Source: Octopus bimaculoides
Lineage: Eukaryota
DNA length: 64,000 nucleotides
Direction: 5' to 3'
Assembly (NCBI RefSeq): GCF_001194135.2
Contig: NC_068999.1
Span: 51,780,758 to 51,844,757, forward strand
In this document: positions 51,021 through 63,880 of the stretch, one piece after another
Position numbering within the stretch: the first letter of the stretch is position 1
Layout: each line of letters opens with the position of its first letter
The notes under the pieces: generated by a model
What the model saw: the letters and a program-made list of their open reading frames with translations, nothing else
Databases searched by the model: none
What the model was told of the DNA's origin: nothing
Made by a program: the position numbers and the translations under genes

Positions 51021-51769
51021 AGCTGCTGCTTCTAGCAGGTTGAACAACCACAAAGAGTCTCCCATGTTGGGTCATGGACCAAGTGATGACGGTGGTGGTG
51101 GTGGTGGTGGTGGTGTCAGTAGTGATGGAGGCAATGGCAACGGAAGCAGTGGTGGTGGAGGTGATGGTGGTGGAGGTGATGATGGTGGAGGTGATGTTAG
51201 GTGGTCTGCATTGGCAAAAAAAAAAAAAATCAATCATTTAGTAAAAGTTCACAAAAGTTGGTATGCAACAGAATAAAAGCATAAAAGAATATAAAAATAA
51301 AAGAATGAAAGAATGTCTCATTGAACACTTGCCTGCTGTCTCTGTTATCCACTGACTATAAATAGTAAAGGAAAAGTGATCTTCAATTATTTGCTGGACT
51401 ACCAGAATCATTTAGTTACTGTCTAAACACTATAATTACTTTTTAACATTAGATCAGCTCAACTCCAGCTAATAAAAACCAGAGTTTGGAGGGAACCAGC
51501 AGTATTCTGTGTTGACAAAAATCACTTAATGAAATTTGAAAATTTGTTTAAGTTCATATAACATGGGCAAAATGTGAGTCTTGATATTAGAAGAGAGGAA
51601 GTTTGTCTGTTGTTTTTGAGGTTTTTGCTGATCCACTGCTTAAAAACATTAAATGTAAACATAACATTTCTTTTTTGTTTTTAAGATGTCCTTATAGATT
51701 ATCTGATTGCTGTTGTTTTCCTTCACTGGAGAACATTTCCTCTCTTTAGACGATGCATGTTTGTTATCA

Positions 51770-51950
51770 TTCATTCATCATTTGACATCCATTTTCCATG
51801 CTGGCATGGGTTGGACAGTTTGACAGGAGCTAACATGGACTGGACGGTTTGATAGGAACAGGCAAGGCCAGAAACTGCACCAGATTCCATTGTTTTGGCA
51901 TGGTTTCTACAACTAGACACCCTTTCTAACACCAACCACTTTACAGAGCT
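51770..51950 (-). mobile_element. RTE-tailed SINE 3' end
   Basis: ttttccatgctggcatgggttggacag...tttctacaactagacaccctttctaacaccaaccact. Confidence 0.75.
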
Positions 51951-52084
51951 GAACACTCAGAGTTTAATAGTAGGTCTTAAAATGGGTACTAGGGCAAAAT
52001 CCTTCTGAGGACAAAATCCCACCCTGGACAAAATCCCACCCTGGACAAAATCTCTATGTTTGTAGGTTAGGAATTGAGAAATTG

Positions 52085-52590
52085 GCACAAAATGAATGCA
52101 AAAGGTAACATGACAATGTGACAAGAATGACCTATTGGGTGCTTTGTGGAAATTATGGCCTAGAATGATCAAAGACATGGTATGACCCATTCCTAGAAGG
52201 AATTACTGAGGATGAGGATTGCAAATTCCTGTGGGATGCAATGATTCAACACGACCATCAGATTAAACATTGGAAACCTGACATTGTTATGGTGAATAGG
52301 AAAGAAGAAAACATGTCTGATAACTGACATAGCATGTCCTGGTGACATCAAGATTGAAGAGGAAGAAGAAAAAGTGAACAACTATGATGAATTGAATTGG
52401 GAAATATGCAGGTTGTGGGCAATGAAGGAAGTGGGCGTGATAAGAATAGTGATTAGTGTGCTTGGAAGTAGTAATAGCCAACTCCCAATGGGGCTCAAAA
52501 AGATTGGAACGAATGTAAAGCTAGGACACCAACAAAAATCATTATTGCTTGGAACTGCAGGAATTCTCTGTGGGGTTCTTGATGCGTGAT
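52085..52590 (+). mobile_element. R4/Dong-clade REL endonuclease C-terminus
   Basis: HDNVTRMTYWVLCGNYGLE..KTWYD..EDEDCKFLWDAMIQHDHQIKHWKPDIVMV..CLITDIACPGDIKIEEEEEKVNNYDEL..EICRLW..LLLGTAGILCGVLDA*. Confidence 0.9.
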
Positions 52591-52877
52591 CTGTAAACAA
52601 ATGTCATCTTAGTCTAATGGCTGTGGGAAGCTGACACCTTCCATCTATCCAGTAAAATAAAGCTGAAATTTTAGGGTCAGGGGCAAGTCGATTACATGGA
52701 CCCCAATGCATAAGTGGTAAATATTTCTGAACTGAGAAAGTAACGAACTATAGACAAATACTGCCGGCCATTTTGTTTGATATTCTTAGACTTCTGCCTG
52801 ATATTAGGGAAGTGAGGAGAATATGTAATATTTCTTGGAAAAATATAAGCATGTAAACAATTCTGCCAGTTTTCTGC

Positions 52878-52904
<27 letters not shown>

Positions 52905-52908
<4 letters not shown>

Positions 52909-53330
52909 CGGTTTCAAATTTTGGTACAAAACCAGCAATTTTAAGGGAGGGGCTAAGTTGATAACATCGACACCAGTGTTCAACTGGTACTTAATTCTAT
53001 CGACCTCTGAAAGGATGACAGGCAAAGTCAACTTCAGTGGAATTTGAACTCAGAGCATAAAGAACGGACAAATTGCCACTAAGCATTTTTTCCGGCATGC
53101 TAACGATTCTTTTCTTTTCTACTCTAGGCACAAGGCCCGAAATTTTTGGGGAGGGAGTGGGGTCAGTTGATTAGATCGACTCCTGTATGCAACTGGTACT
53201 TAATTTATCAACCCTGAAAGGATAAAAGGCAAAGTTGACCTCGGCAGAATTTGAACTCAGAATGCAAGGACAGATGAAATACAGCAAAGCATTTCGCCCG
53301 GCGTGCTAACAATTCTGCCAGCTCGCTGCC
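52905..53330 (-). mobile_element. Two head-to-tail family A SINE copies
   Basis: caactggtacttaatt..atc..ccc/ctctgaaaggat..aggcaaagt..ac.tc..c/tggaatttgaactcag occurs at about 52980 and 53190. Confidence 0.85.
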
Positions 53331-53760
53331 TTACATATATATATCATTGTCTTTTGCTACTGAGCTATATCTCTTTTTCTGTCACACTATTCTGTTTTGA
53401 TACCTCAATGATTTATCATTTTTATAAGTGTATTGTGTCTGGCATTATACGTGTTTGTGTGTGTCTGTCAGCACTTATATCCGTGTATGTGTGTTTGTGA
53501 GTACACCTATATGTGTGTATGTGTGAGTAAGTGAGTGAGCGAGCAACTGTGTGAGTATATGTGTGTGTGTGTGTGTATTTCTCACAAAGTTAGATTACAG
53601 AGGGCCACTTGTATGTGTATGTGTGTGTTTGTGTGTGTGTTTCAGTGTGTGTTAATGTGTCTGTTAGTATAGGTGTGTGAATGAGTATGTGTGTATGTTT
53701 GTGTATATTTATGTGTGTGTGTGTGTGTGTAGTTACGTATGCTTAAATAANNNNNNNNNN

Positions 53761-53814
<54 letters not shown>

Positions 53815-55282
53815 TGTGTGTGTTCGTGCACATTTGTATTTCCATCAAATCTTAATTGCAGATGGCTCTCTGTCCAACATGTCAACTACAATATAGGTGT
53901 TCTGCTCAAAAATCAAGTAAAAACAGAATATGACCCAATATATGTGCGCTTTTACCACACACACACACACACACACACACATAGAAGACACTATTATCAT
54001 CCAGCTGTCTGTTCTAAACTCTCATCAACATTCGATACTTAAGTGTTTATACATGATATTATACGTCTGAACAGGTTAAAATCTTTAATTTGTCAGGTTA
54101 ATATAATTATGTAAAATGTCAAATATCTGCAAGGAAAATGTCTTGTTTAGCTTCAAAAACTGTATTTAATTTAATAAGATTATTATAGAATTTCAGCTAT
54201 GCCCAATGATAACTAGTAACAAAGGCTGCTTTTTTTTTTTGTTTGTTTGTTGTTTGTTTGTGTTATTTTTCTTCAACCAAAAACCGATCGAAGTTAATGG
54301 CTCTTGTTCATTGGCTGCTGAAACAAACCAAACTACACAATTTCTTGTACAACCAGAGATTTATTGTAGTGTTGCTTCTGTTGCAAGAGATTCAGTTTCT
54401 TTGTCTCAATCAACATCAATAGAACCAGCTAACAAAACCACCCCCAGTTTTGCTTGTGTATTACTCAACCAAATCAACGAATAAATTTTAATTTTCCCGA
54501 GAAGATATTTGGAAACCAGAAATGTTCTTTTCAATCAATTTGGTTCAATTCTTTTGATTTTAGTCAATGTGACCAGCCAGAACTATGACTAGCTCGTTTC
54601 TTTTTTTCTTTCTTTTGTTTTTTGTCTGTGCAAAGTGTAATTGAAACTACATATTGCTAGAGGTAAAGAAAAGACATCTTAAACAGAAGGATTTTGTAAC
54701 TGGAATAAAGCATATCAGTGTTTTGAAGAACATCAACCCTCTGAATATAACTATTCTTCTACTGAGCTGGAAATACTGATTCTTAAACTATAGAATTGTT
54801 GCATGAGACTGCAAGAAAATGTAGACAAACAAACGGTAAATGCTTAATAAAATGTGTTTACATTTCATTTGATGAAAAAATAACCATATAAAGAAATGTC
54901 AATGAATCATTTAATTAACATAACCTAACAAGAGGGAAATTGGTTCCAATTTTGTGAGCAGACTTAACAAAGCTGATACAAGCAAATACCTGTGATACAA
55001 TATACAAAATAAATCCAATGCTACAATGGCTGAATTTGATTTGAGAAATTTATTTTGGGAAGAAGGCACAAACTTTTGTTCAGTTTTTACTGATAAATTA
55101 TACCAATGCATCCAATGAAGAACAGGTTATTCTATATCTATGCTACATTGGCAAATGCTTATTGGCAATATGGTTTGGCTGCCTTTGGTTCTGTTTAAAT
55201 CAGTGCATGTAGGCACATATTTGTGCATATATATATACTTCTTCATAGAATCATGAGTCTTCATAAATATTTTTTTGACAGA

Positions 55283-55327
<45 letters not shown>

Positions 55328-55480
55328 CTGATGTATAAATGTGTGTATATTTACGCATGTGTATATAAGTAAGATATTTTATCTGGCCAACAAAAGGCGA
55401 TAAATCTGCAATATCCTTGCCTGCACATGCATGTATCTGATGTAAGATTGTATTGCATGTCTGTGTGACATTATGTAACT

Positions 55481-56035
55481 ATAGAGGAGTATACTTTGAG
55501 GGAGCAAGCAATATACTTGGAAAAAAATGTAGAGTGGGTACAACATTTGGAAGAACCTGAACTGAATAGATTCCTTAGGTCTAAGAATGAAGAACCCTTT
55601 ATTGCAATGTATGGTGCAATAATGAGTAACCATATATAGATTGTTACTCTAATCAAATTTTCACCAAACAAGAATTTATTTGGTGAATTGTAATAAAACA
55701 TGGTAGATTCTGAATATGAGCTAACATTTGGTGATATCTTGATTTTAAGTACAACTACATGGATAGAAAACACTACTTACTTTCAACAAATTATTGATTC
55801 AATCCTACTCAAGTGTTAGCAAGAATATGTACAGTCACATTTGGAAGCTGATGTTCAGAGCCATATAATTGGAAGCCAGACTCAAATGGAAATATTTAAT
55901 TTCTTCTTTGAACTAAATTTTGACCAGGTCTTATACTCACAAATTGATAATTTATTGAAGTCACTACTAGCAGCTAAAATGTCATCAACAAATGAAAAGA
56001 AATTGAGTGAAATTACTGAGCAAGTTCTGAAAGAT
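55481..56035 (+). pseudogene. Decayed reading frame of unknown family
   Basis: 185 in-frame codons with only 4 stops (TAG, TAA, TAA, TAG) in AT-rich DNA, E/Q/L/I-rich, ending at a mariner insertion. Confidence 0.45.
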
Positions 56036-56036
56036 A

Positions 56037-56740
56037 GAAGGGTAGGCTGAAAAGTTCATAGGCTGACAATGAAGGAGTGATACTAGAGCTGTGAAATCTT
56101 ACATGCATTCCTTTCAACACTTCTTATTAATAATTGTATTGTTTGTTTCCAGGTGAACTCACATCTGACTGTTCAAAGGAGACTTTAAAAAGTAATTGGT
56201 AGTGATTTCTTTTGAAACTAGACCAAATTTGGCATCAAGGTGTTATCAAATACCCACAGAAAATGGTTTAGCCCCCAAGGACCATTCCTGCCCACACGCT
56301 TGCTACATTAGAGAATGACTCTCCAGTTTTATCAACAGTGCAAAAGTGGGCAGCTGAATTTAGGCGGGCAAGGAAGAGTGTTGAAGATGACCCAAGGTCT
56401 GAACATCCCACAACTGCTACCAAGGAGGAAAACATTGATCATGTTCACCACATGGTGATGGACGATGGGTGATTGATTATAAATCAAATAGTCAATGCTT
56501 TTAGTATATCCTGTGAGAGATTTGAGAACATTCTGCACAATGAACTAAGCATGACAAAGATTTCCGCTCAGTGGGTGCCATGTCCCCTGATATTTGATCA
56601 AAAGTGCACCAGGTTAATCACATCATGAGAAAATCTGACACTGTTTGAGACAGATCCAGCTGGTTTCCTTGACTGTTTCCTAAGCCAGGATGAGTGTTGG
56701 GCTCATCACTTTGAACCAGAGACAAAGAGACAATTCATGC
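56037..56740 (+). mobile_element. Mariner element: left TIR plus 5' transposase pseudogene
   Basis: TA|gaagggtaggctgaaaagttcataggctgac TIR; translation STVQKWAAEFRRARKSVEDDPRS...ELSMTKISAQWVPCPL...FLSQDECWAHHFEPETKRQ contains the WVPxxL motif and the first catalytic D. 3'-truncated. Confidence 0.92.
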
Positions 56741-58353
56741 TGCTAACACTGACAATTATGATGACAACGACAAGATGATGTATGAGCTAAGAAATTATTG
56801 ATGATCTATATTAAGTAAAATGGACACAACATTATTAAGCACCAACAGCAGGCTTCTGTTACTGTAGACTAGAAGTATACCTCAACCACAGCACATACAG
56901 CATTGCCAAATTACATTCATTCACAATTGCTAATGAACAGTAGAAGAAATATCGTTTAAAGCAAAAATTTAGAAAATTTTTTTTTTAATTGCTTTTAAAG
57001 ATTCTCGTACATCTAATCAATGTTTCTTACAAATTAAATTTGTCTTCTAGAGATTTATTTGCAAAAGATAAACTTAAATAATTTTAATAATTGTTGATAT
57101 ATTCAGGCTGTCTTAATTAATTCAATTTCGTTATGTAGTAATGTAATTATGGATATGGAATATTAAAGACTGAGAGAAGGAGAGGGAGGAGGAGGGCATG
57201 GCGGCAGGGTGTGTGTGTGTGTGTGTGTGTGTATTTTGAATAATCATTATGATGTAAATTATGTCATTGATCTATGCAAAATTTGTTTTCCCTCTAAACA
57301 GTTCTATTTTGGCTTGATTATCTTTGAAGCATTCTGTAAAACAGACTTCCTTGACTTAGAGAAGGAAGCATTTCCTAGCAATGGAAGATATAGTATCTGT
57401 TATAGAAATCTTAAACATGCTTTGATGAATGGGGATTAGGGAAATAAAAGATTGATAGGAACAGGTGTGGCTCTGTGGTTTGGAAGTTTGCTTTACAACT
57501 GAAGAGTGACTGATTTTGGGAGTAAAATCATTTCCCCATTCTAATGAACTTGGATAGAATCTGCTTATGATTTTATATAGACCTATTTCAGCCATGAAAC
57601 GTGCGTAGTCTATGTACTAGCACTGACTTTTATACATTTATACCTTCACACTTTATATTATTGTATTAATTTTTACTGTCCTATTTATAATTTTGATTTT
57701 TAAATTAATATTTTTATGATGAATGTTTCTTTATATGATATATTATATATTATTAAAATTATTAAAATTTTAGATTAAAATCTGGGAATTGAACTCACTA
57801 CCTCATGATTGTGAGTCCGACACTCTAACCACCGAGTCATGCACATTCACTATATANNNNNNNNNNNNNNNNNNNNNNNNNNNNNNNNNNNNNNNNNNNN
57901 NNNNNNNNNNNNNNNNNNNNNNNNNNNNNNNNNNNNNNNNNNNNNNNNNNNNNNNNNNNNNNNNNNNNNNNNNNNNNNNNNNNNNNNNNNNNNNNNNNNN
58001 NNNNNNNNNNNNNNNNNNNNNNNNNNNNNNNNNNNNNNNNNNNNNNNNNNNNNNNNNNNNNNNNNNNNNNNNNNNNNNNNNNNNNNNNNNNNNNNNNNNN
58101 NNNNNNNNNNNNNNNNNNNNNNNNNNNNNNNNNNNNNNNNNNNNNNNNNNNNNNNNNNNNNNNNNNNNNNNNNNNNNNNNNNNNNNNNNNNNNNNNNNNN
58201 NNNNNNNNNNNNNNNNNNNNNNNNNNNNNNNNNNNNNNNNNNNNNNNNNNNNNNNNNNNNNNNNNNNNNNNNNNNNNNNNNNNNNNNNNNNNNNNNNNNN
58301 NNNNNNNNNNNNNNNNNNNNNNNNNNNNNNNNNNNNNNNNNNNNNNNNNNNNN

Positions 58354-58614
58354 AAACACACCAGCATCGGTTGTCAAGCGATGTTGGGGGGACAAACACA
58401 CACATACAAACATACACACACACATACATATATATATATATACATATATACGACGGGCTTCTTTCAGTTTCCGTCTACCAAATCCACTCACAAGGCTTTG
58501 GTCGGCCCGAGGCTATAGTAGAAGACACTTGCCCAAGATGCCGCGCAGTGGGACTGAACCCGGGACCATGTGGTTGGTAAGCTAGCTACTTACCACACAG
58601 CCACTCCTACGCCT
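58354..58614 (-). mobile_element. Young family B SINE (3' part in gap)
   Basis: CpG-rich and close to the 15880-16137 copy. Confidence 0.9.
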
Positions 58615-58615
58615 A

Positions 58616-58649
<34 letters not shown>

Positions 58650-59294
58650 AATATACACGTGCACATATACACATACATATCTACATGTTAGTGTTGATGT
58701 TTATGCTTAGGGTGGTCTAAAACTGGTCTTATTCATGTTGTGTCCCTTAACAGCTTGACAAATAGACTTCAATAGCATAAGCACCAGACTGGAATAAGTA
58801 TTAGTGTCAATATGATCAATAAAAACTCAATGACTGAAACCAGAGAAAAAGATTATTGAATGAAATTCACTTCATAAGTATATTTGAGTCTAACAGAAGG
58901 TCTTGTTCTTCCATTTTAAAATTTTTTTATTATTCCTTTGCTGAGACAAAACGGTCAACAGAGACCTGATCAGACCATTAAAAATTATCTGAAGCACAAT
59001 TAGTCTTTTCCTGTTCCTATTCAAAGTGCATTTATTGAACATATTGATCATTCTTTTGATTATTTACAGACCAATCAGTTACTGAAATCAAACAATCATA
59101 ATGTAATTTAGCTGTGATTATATGAACACTTGCAGTGCTCTTTTACTATTTTTGGCATCTGCATATGACTAATTTTTCTTTGTTATCACATCCTCCTCAA
59201 ATGCAGTCATAGACCCAGACATATGCACAAAGAAACTGGCAACCATATATACATATATGCAAACATACATAATGGTGTATAAGAATTTATACAC

Positions 59295-59486
59295 GGAGAG
59301 AACACCACCATGTGGACTCCTTACATGCTAGAGAGAACAGTCAAAACCCAAACCACAAGAAAACATTCTTACTTATTGCAAGTTGCTTAAGTAAGAATAA
59401 AATAAGTAAGAGTGTTTTTTTTTTCATGGTTTGGTTTTGACTGCCCTCTCTAGCATGTAAGGAATCTACATGGTGGTCTTCCCTCC
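59295..59486. repeat. Long inverted repeat (hairpin)
   Basis: 59304-59377 pairs with 59401-59477 around a 23-nt loop, extending via ggagagaac/cttccctcc. Confidence 0.9.
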
Positions 59487-60539
59487 AGAAGAAAACTATA
59501 CGACAGTTGTATTCAAATGAAGCAGCTCTATGAGATCAATCTTATAGTGAAGACCTCATCAAAAAATATTAACTACACAAAATGTGGTGTGGCTTTTAGT
59601 GACAAAAAAATCGACGATCGTGTCAACAAATTTAAATGTTTTTGTAATGTTAAGATATTTGACATTATAAAAGATGGCATTTGATGTCATATGCTGCTTA
59701 GCTTAATTGTACAGCATGCTAAACTGGAGTTTGAGAGCTATGGGTTTGATCCTCTATAGGGTTGTTTTAGCCATTTTCTTCCATTTTCTAAGGGTGATGT
59801 GAATACCTTGATGTCTAAGGGTATGGTGAAAACCTTGTCAAAAAATATTAGCAACAAAAACGGTTGTTTGGATTGCAGTGACGAAAAAAAAGTGATGATT
59901 ATAAGAAATCCAAATGCTTTTGTCTTTTTAAGAGAAAAATAATGTTATTTGAACTCAAATGAAAGAGTTCATCCAGTGGAATATTTTGGAGAAAGCCCTG
60001 TCAAAAAATATTAAGCATATAAGTAGTTATGATTTTTTTGTGATTTCAAATTAACTTTTATTATTTTAGCTATGCATTAAATCATGTGCTTATTAAAAAT
60101 GAATTAAAATAAAAAATTTCCCACATGAAAAACTAACTATTAATTATTTTATTAGAATATAACATTATTTTATAATATAAATTGTTTTAAAATATAATTA
60201 TTTCTAATTTATATGCTGCTATTAATCCTTTGTTATTTTTACATGCTAACAAAATTTCTAAGTTTGAATAAAACTTGTATTTAAAAAATATTTATAATAG
60301 TATCATTTTTTTCAATTACAAACGTAAATATAATAATTATGATAATAGAAGTCTTGCCTGATAAAAAAAAATGGACTAGAATGAAAAATGTGGGCACAGA
60401 ATTCATGAATATTCTTAAGTATTGAACATGGGAAGCACAGAACAAGCAGTAATTAAGTCTGGAAAAATACGGGACAAGAAGAAAGAAAACCTAAAGTCAC
60501 TGCTGAAGTTTGAATTTACTAAAAAAATTTCTGAAACCA

Positions 60540-60701
60540 CTAGCACTACCACCATCACCACTCTCACCACCCTCACCACACTTTGCTAGCACCAGCACCT
60601 TCCGTAATGCCACTACCACCACCACTACAACCACCACCACTATCACAACTACCACAACCACCACCACCACCATCATCAACATCATCACTACTACTACTAC
60701 A

Positions 60702-60760
<59 letters not shown>

Positions 60761-61440
60761 CACAACCAGCAGTATCACTGCCTCCATCACTACTATCACC
60801 ACAACCACCTCCATGAGCACCATTATCATCCTCACCTCCACTACCACCACTATCAATACAACCACTGTCACCACCACCACCACCACAACTACCATCACCA
60901 CTACTACTACTATTACCACCACCACCACTAATATCACTACAACCACCACCATTATGTGTACCACTATCACCACCACTTCCACTATCACCACACTGCTACC
61001 ACTACAACCATCACCACCACCAACACAACCACCATCACTACCACGATTACCACCACTACAACCACTACCATCGTTAATATAAACACCACAACTACCATCA
61101 CCAGTACTACTACCACCACCACTACTTCCACAACCACCAGTACTACAACCAGCACCACTACTAACCCCCCCACCATGAATACTACTATCACCACCACTTC
61201 CACTACCATCACTAGTACCACTACACCTAACATCATCACCACTACCACCATCAATACCACCACCACAACCACCATCTCCACTACTACTAATACTACTACC
61301 ACTGCATCTACCAATACCACTACAACCACTACTATCACCACCACCACCACCACCTCCACCGTCGACACCACTGAATCCACCTCCCCTTTCACAATGCCAT
61401 CACACCCTCTAGCATCAACCACGATTACCACTATCAGTAT
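60540..61440. repeat. ~900-bp degenerate (ACC/ACT)n
   Basis: Source of the poly-Thr and poly-Val ORFs. Confidence 0.9.
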
Positions 61441-61462
61441 GTCATTGCCATCTTAATGATAT

Positions 61463-61476
61463 GTTACCATGGCAAC
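61463..61476. promoter_or_regulatory. Consensus RFX X-box GTTACCATGGCAAC
   Basis: Exact match to GTTNCCATGGNAAC. Confidence 0.4.
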
Positions 61477-61846
61477 GGTAGCTGTAGCCATTGCTGATGT
61501 GAAGTGTAGCAACCTTAGCTGTCATTCCTAGTTGATATAACCACCCGTCAAAAATTAACAGCTGTTGTTGACTTTACACCTGTGTTTAGCCATGAAGTGG
61601 ACACTCTTACACTTGATGTAACAGAGAGGAGAAATTTTAGTTGTGACTATAGAGAGAATGTGGTGGAAGGGAAGAATGTGGCAGGGAAGTTTTATTCTCT
61701 TATAATACACCTTTATTGAATTGAGTGTCCAGAGTCTATAAATCAATGGATTATTGGTCAACCTGTTGGGGAGATAAGGTGACAGTAAAAACACTTAACA
61801 TCCTTTGACTAAGTCCCCCTATTTCTAGGTATGCACTGCAAGTGGC

Positions 61847-61879
<33 letters not shown>

Positions 61880-61986
61880 GCTCAAGGTCAGTTTCAAGCA
61901 AAGGCATTGTCTAGCTGTTCGCAATCTACCTTTCATTAAATGTTTCTAGAATTATGTTATATATGTGCATCCTTCTCAGTTATATG

Positions 61987-62034
<48 letters not shown>

Positions 62035-62175
62035 GAGGGAGAAAGATGTCCAAGCACTTGTTTGGCATACATTTTCAGTTGAATAGATTGGAATCATGTC
62101 AATTGAAGAGCCTTGCTCCACCTCACCTAGGAATTGAACCCACAATCTTATGATCATGAGTCTAGCACCCTAAGC

Positions 62176-62566
62176 TGTTGTTGTTGTTGGCACTCCGTCG
62201 CTTACGACGACTAGGGTTCCAGTTGATCCGATCAACGGAACAGCCTGCTCGTGAAATTAACGTGCAAGTGGCTGAGCACTCCACAGACACGTGTACCCTT
62301 AACGTAGTTCTCGGGGATATTCAGCGTGACACAGTGTGACAAGGCTGACCCTTTGAATTACAGGCACAACAGAAACAGGAAGTAAGAGTGAGAGAAAGTT
62401 GTGGTGAAAGAGTACAGCAGGGTTCGCCACCATCCCCTGCCGGAGCCTCATTGAGCTTTAGGTGTTTTCACTCAATAAACACTCACAACGCCCGGTCTGG
62501 GAATTGAAACCGCGATCCTATGACCGCGAGTCCGCTGCCCTAACCACTGGACCATTGCGCCTCCAC
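62176..62566 (-). mobile_element. Young full-length family C SINE with 12-bp TSD
   Basis: agcaccctaagc at 62164-62175 and 62567-62578; inserted into an older tRNA-head remnant. Confidence 0.92.
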
Positions 62567-63242
62567 AGCACCCTAAGCACTAAGCCTATAATATATTTTG
62601 TGTCAGACTAATTATATTACAGTAATTGCAATGCTTCTTCAATAATGAACAAGAGAAACCTGTTATCTAATATTTGTGAGTTGTTCATCAAAACGCATAA
62701 TAGCTCCTGAATGGGATTCCTTTCATATCTGTAACATTTATACACGGTGTAGCCCTTTTGACCAGTAAATGTGGATTCAATAGCTGTGAAAAACTAGGGT
62801 TAAATTTTATATGAGATACATGGAAATTCCAGATTTTTATCTTCCTCTAAAAAAGAGTTGACAATTATACAAAATTGACTTTTATTCTCTGTTCAAGTAT
62901 ATGCAGTCTCTTTTTCTCTCTGGTTTAATATTATGGAAGTCGGAGGAAAGCACTGACAAACATTATTGATCTTTGTGGTTTGGGAAATGCCTGAATATTT
63001 AAAGTTTCATTCATAGAAGAAAGTACAGAGGAATAAAACGGAGGGAAAAGTAGTTGGCTTGAGATAGAGGAACAGATTAGATAATAACTATAGTTTCACG
63101 TGGTCGTATTATCAATGTAAAAAACAAATTTGGGATTACTCAAAAATAGTTCTTTGATGTTAAACAAACAAACAAAAAAAATAAATTAAAGCTACATAAG
63201 TAAAGCTAAGGCAAGAAAGGCCATTCTTCTCTTCCTCTTCTG

Positions 63243-63275
<33 letters not shown>

Positions 63276-63339
63276 GAATTCAAGCTTAGTTCAAAGATGG
63301 AAAGTGATATTGCGTACAATTTTGGAAACAAGTAAATGT

Positions 63340-63782
63340 ATCATTTCTCTCTTCTCCTCCCCCACCAGTCTCTGCCCCCTTTTTCTCCTCCTCTTCCTCC
63401 TTCTCTTCCTTCTCTTTTTCTTCCTCCTTTTCTTCCTCCTCTTCTTCCTCCTCCACTTCCTTCTCCTCCTCTTCTTCCTTCTCTTCTCTTCTTTCCTCAC
63501 TCCTCCACTTCCTTCTCCTCCTCTTCTTCCTTCTCTTCTCTTCTTTCCCCACTTCTCCCCTCTTCCTTCTCTTCCTCCTTCCTTTTCCTTCTTCCTTCTC
63601 TTCTTCCTTCACTTCCTCCGCTTCCTCTTCTTTCTCCTTTTCCCCCTCCATTTCCCCTCCTCTTCCCCCTCTTCCTCTTCCTCATCCTCATCTTTCCCCT
63701 CCTTCTTTCTATCTCTTCCTTTTGGAGATTTTACTGATGTCGTTTTTGGTGATGGTGGGGTTGATGACAATAATGATGATGG

Positions 63783-63818
<36 letters not shown>

Positions 63819-63880
63819 CGACGACGATGATGATGATGATGATGATGATATTAAAGGAGAACAGGAGAAGAAGAAGCAAG
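63340..63880. repeat. Polypyrimidine (CTT/CCT)n tract followed by (GAT)n
   Basis: About 380 nt of almost pure C/T with an internal duplication at about 63449 and 63503. Confidence 0.95.

Noticed and set aside
52006-52054. 19-bp unit (ggacaaaatcccaccct) repeated about 2.5 times
   Set aside because: Too short to assign; probably an internal repeat of a decayed DNA transposon.
60497-61456. Thr-rich 'mucin-like' ORFs of 190 and 166 aa
   Set aside because: Translations of degenerate (ACC/ACT)n in shifting frames; no signal peptide, domain or convincing splice context.
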